In this document: piece by piece, positions 61,089 to 64,000 of the stretch | Layout: each line of letters begins with the position of its first letter | Position numbering within the stretch: position 1 is the first letter of the stretch | Source: a virus | Reading direction: 5' to 3' (one strand) | IMG/VR virus record: IMGVR_UViG_3300021085_000017 | Coordinates: 1 to 64,000 of that record | DNA: 64,000 nt | The notes under the pieces: model-generated | What the model was told of the DNA's origin: nothing | Database searches by the model: none | The model's input: the letters and a program-made list of their open reading frames with translations, nothing else | Program-made: the position numbers and the translations under genes

Positions 61089-61173
61089 ATGTATTAGAAT
61101 AGAAGTATTGAGAGAAACGTATAAATACAATAGTAGATAAATATAAGATATAATCTAAGAGACGGATATAAAC

Positions 61174-61833
61174 ATGTTTAAAGATGTAATAAAATCACAA
61201 GTAGTAGGCACACTCAAAATCTACGATAAAGAGAGTGGCGAAGTACTTGTACAAAAGAAGAATGCAATTCATCCAGGAAATATGGCATATGTATTGGCTT
61301 CAGCCATGGGCGGCAAAGCAACGAGTGTAAACTCATCAGGTTCTGCCCCATATATCAATTGGATGCAATTCGGCAAGGGTGGTAGTACCTCAACTACAAC
61401 TCTTTCTTATCGTTCTCCTAGAGTCTACCCAACGTATGACCAACTATCAATATCGGCGAGTAACGCTTCATTGTATGTTCCAACTTACGAACAAGAGACA
61501 ATTAATACAGTGTACTATCCAGGAGAGGACATGGGTGCTGGATCCATAGTACCAAACAATACAGCAAAAGTAAAATTCAGTGTAGATGTAAGTCACACTG
61601 ATTATGCAACCGCTGTCAGTGGAACAATTCCAACAAGTGACAGTTCTGCAACGTCTACACAAGCAGAACAATTCACTTTTGATGAAATTGGACTACTATC
61701 GGGAGTAACCAATAGTGGTTCACTTGATAAGACAAAAACATTAATGATGACGCACGTGACTTTTCATCCCGTGTTACTTGCGGCAAACCGAACGATTGTA
61801 ATTGATTATACAGTTACAATACAAATTAGTTAA
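61174..61833 (+). CDS. putative baseplate structural protein
   Basis: KKNAIH, FTFDEIGL, THVTFHPV, IDYTVTI; late boxes at 61122 and 61138. Confidence 0.6.
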   Translation: MFKDVIKSQVVGTLKIYDKESGEVLVQKKNAIHPGNMAYVLASAMGGKATSVNSSGSAPYINWMQFGKGGSTSTTTLSYRSPRVYPTYDQLSISASNASLYVPTYEQETINTVYYPGEDMGAGSIVPNNTAKVKFSVDVSHTDYATAVSGTIPTSDSSATSTQAEQFTFDEIGLLSGVTNSGSLDKTKTLMMTHVTFHPVLLAANRTIVIDYTVTIQIS

Positions 61834-61850
61834 AATTTAGGAGTATAACA

Positions 61851-62768
61851 ATGGCTTCAGGCTCAATTATAAACTACGCGGACTTAGCAAGTCTTCGCAA
61901 CAAATTAAATGAAATTCTAAATGGAACGGGCGTTCATGGTGGATATAACCAATCACACACCATCGCGGCAAATCCATCGACTGGCGATGTAATTGATGAT
62001 GCATATCACGATTCAATTCATAGTGCGGCAGCAAAACTTTCAAATTACTACAATATTTCAAATCCATTCACAGCAGTAAATGCCGGTACAGTAATCGACT
62101 GGGACCATTATGGTGCCGAGGCGTCTGCCTTTGTTACAGCAATCGATACACGCTTTGACTCACCTTGGTCTTATTCAGATTGGGACACAAGTGTTCAAAA
62201 CGAATCTTCAGAATCAGCATCAAACTGGAATGGTACTAGAACTCAAATCGTTAAATTTGCATTCGGTTCACAAGCAAATTTAAATGCTTGGTTCGCCGCA
62301 GGTGGTGAACTTAGAGTTTCAGCATCACATAGTGACACATCTGGCAACCAACAGGGTACTTCTTGGGAACAACTTACGTCTGAATTAGGTACATTCACTT
62401 ACTCAGTAAGACCTGAAGATTCATCAGATGTAGGAACACGTACAAGATATAAGCATAGTGACGTTGGAACATCTTATACTGTTCATAAGAAAGAATTAGC
62501 AGATGATTCAGATTACAGTGCAAACTATCTACAAGTTTCAGCACAAACTGCCAACAGCGGTGCAGACTTGTACATTAAAACAGAATTAGTAGACGCACAC
62601 GTTGCCCGTTCAGGCAGTGGTTCTGGTTATGCTGGAGCATGGTCATGGACTGGTGCTGACAGTGTACCAGGTGATTCTACTGTTACTATTGCATCGAAGA
62701 GATTAACAAACGCAAGTGGCTCAGTTACTTTAACTAATCCAACTGTTACTGTTACTGATTCTTTATAA
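61851..62768 (+). CDS. virion structural protein (paralogue of next gene)
   Basis: GTG..GYNQ, WFAAGGELR, DYSANYL shared with next ORF. Confidence 0.6.
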   Translation: MASGSIINYADLASLRNKLNEILNGTGVHGGYNQSHTIAANPSTGDVIDDAYHDSIHSAAAKLSNYYNISNPFTAVNAGTVIDWDHYGAEASAFVTAIDTRFDSPWSYSDWDTSVQNESSESASNWNGTRTQIVKFAFGSQANLNAWFAAGGELRVSASHSDTSGNQQGTSWEQLTSELGTFTYSVRPEDSSDVGTRTRYKHSDVGTSYTVHKKELADDSDYSANYLQVSAQTANSGADLYIKTELVDAHVARSGSGSGYAGAWSWTGADSVPGDSTVTIASKRLTNASGSVTLTNPTVTVTDSL

Positions 62769-62792
62769 TCTAAAAGTTGTGGGAAGATGTAA

Positions 62793-63764
62793 ATGGCACC
62801 ACAGAGTTATTATTTAACAGGACTATCGCAAAAACAGGATTTAGTTAAATTATTTAACTCTTTTGCAGATGATATCAACAACATTGTTGGTATAGGAACA
62901 GGAGATTCGGGATATGGTCAAAATCATCTCGTAGTCAACTATGCAGTAGACGAAGTTACTACACCATTGTGGGATGAACTTTTGACCTCAATGTTCTATG
63001 CAGGCCGACATCAAGGCACACCTTTATTTTCGCCAGTTAGCACCTCAAGTGCTGACTGGCCAATAGATGACGTTTACAGTGTCATCTCATCTATTAAAAC
63101 AGACATTGCAAATATAGTAGGTAATAAACTTAACAGTGCTATAGTGTATATGACTGCAAACGCTAATAGAATATCTTCAGCAAAAACATATGTAGACCCT
63201 AGTTTAGGTACTCCTATATGGACTAATGCTAATCAAATATATTATGAAACAAGAGTGCGTTACTCAGATGCTAATGCTCGTAGACACTTCTTTAACTCTG
63301 GCGGTGAAATAAGAATCGATTCGGTTCTTTCTGCCATTGACAATTCTCATGCTCAAAGTAATGACTGGAAAACAATGCTAGATGCTATTGCTGTTGTTAA
63401 AATAAAGCATTCTATCACTGAAGCATCTACGGGTGCAGGCACAGAAGGCTATGGATTTAGTATGCTCACATCATCTTATCAAGTAGTATACACAAAAGGT
63501 GGAACAGGTGATTATTCCGGTAACCAACTAAATGTTTCAGCAAGACTTGGCGGAACTTCAGATGTAGAAATAAAAATAGGATTTGACGATTCTCATGTTG
63601 CTGATTCTGGCAACTGGTCTACTCCACCTTATTCTGGAACATGGATAGGAAGCGATTATGTTGCTGGTAATCTACAAGTAACAGTTGATGAATTCGTTGC
63701 ATCTGACACACCAGATGGCGTAAATATTACTAGCCCTACATATTTTCCACTTTCTCAACTTTAA
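62793..63764 (+). CDS. virion structural protein (paralogue of previous gene)
   Basis: GTGDSGYGQ, FFNSGGEIR, DYSGNQL. Confidence 0.6.
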   Translation: MAPQSYYLTGLSQKQDLVKLFNSFADDINNIVGIGTGDSGYGQNHLVVNYAVDEVTTPLWDELLTSMFYAGRHQGTPLFSPVSTSSADWPIDDVYSVISSIKTDIANIVGNKLNSAIVYMTANANRISSAKTYVDPSLGTPIWTNANQIYYETRVRYSDANARRHFFNSGGEIRIDSVLSAIDNSHAQSNDWKTMLDAIAVVKIKHSITEASTGAGTEGYGFSMLTSSYQVVYTKGGTGDYSGNQLNVSARLGGTSDVEIKIGFDDSHVADSGNWSTPPYSGTWIGSDYVAGNLQVTVDEFVASDTPDGVNITSPTYFPLSQL

Positions 63765-63767
63765 CTA

Positions 63768-63796
63768 TTGACTTTTACCCCAAATTACTGTATTAT
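63768..63796 (+). promoter_or_regulatory. sigma70-type promoter
   Basis: TTGACT-17-TATTAT. Confidence 0.65.
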
Positions 63797-63821
63797 TAGT
63801 ACTAATACAGGAGAATAATTT

Positions 63822-64000
63822 ATGGTAGATAATACAACAACAGAAGAAGCAGTTCAGAGACTAGAAAAAGCACTAGACTTTTCTAATACAATGAAGACCT
63901 TCAATATTAACAAAAACAATCTTAAAGTAAAAACACAAAACTTATTAAGTTATAGTACGTCTGGTGGTTCTTTTACAGTAGACCAGTCACTTATATCTTT
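63822..64000 (+). CDS. hypothetical protein, truncated at window end
   Basis: AGGAG RBS; MVDNTTTEEAVQRLEKALDFSN... open to the edge. Confidence 0.7.
   Translation, partial: MVDNTTTEEAVQRLEKALDFSNTMKTFNINKNNLKVKTQNLLSYSTSGGSFTVDQSLIS

Noticed and set aside
1-64000. Stop-codon reassignment, inteins, introns in core genes, tRNA genes
   Set aside because: Core genes are full length in the standard code with TAA, TGA and TAG all used as stops; no intein motifs or tRNA cloverleafs were seen by eye

Overview
A 64-kb AT-rich segment of a large T4-superfamily myophage (jumbo-phage-like gene layout), read in the standard genetic code. It holds most of the virion morphogenesis region: tail sheath, neck gp13/gp14, gp15, four fibre/appendage proteins, the head cluster (gp23 capsid, gp22 scaffold, gp21 protease, gp20 portal), a likely tape measure with a divergent gp26-like chaperone, and a long baseplate operon (gp53, hub, gp5-like, gp25, gp6, a 3174-aa wedge protein). 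It also carries gp46/gp47, late sigma factor gp55, dNMP kinase, a GIY-YIG nuclease and accessory genes (CCA-adding enzyme, ClpP, fatty-acid desaturase, 2OG/Fe oxygenases, radical SAM, SDR, NUDIX, Hc1-like). Two promoter classes are readable: host sigma70 (TTGACA-17-TATAAT) and T4-like late boxes (TAAATA). The strongest non-coding signals are: (1) a promoter-driven, roughly 400-nt multi-domain structured RNA with GNRA loops and a possible pseudoknot, directly upstream of the GIY-YIG gene; (2) a canonical -1 frameshift signal fusing the gp26-like chaperone to the next ORF; (3) a stand-alone sRNA with an anti-Shine-Dalgarno loop; (4) leaderless late genes, two with putative capsid-targeting N-termini; (5) a palindromic operator-like motif at tail and baseplate promoters. 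All calls come from manual motif reading; no database search or folding software was run.
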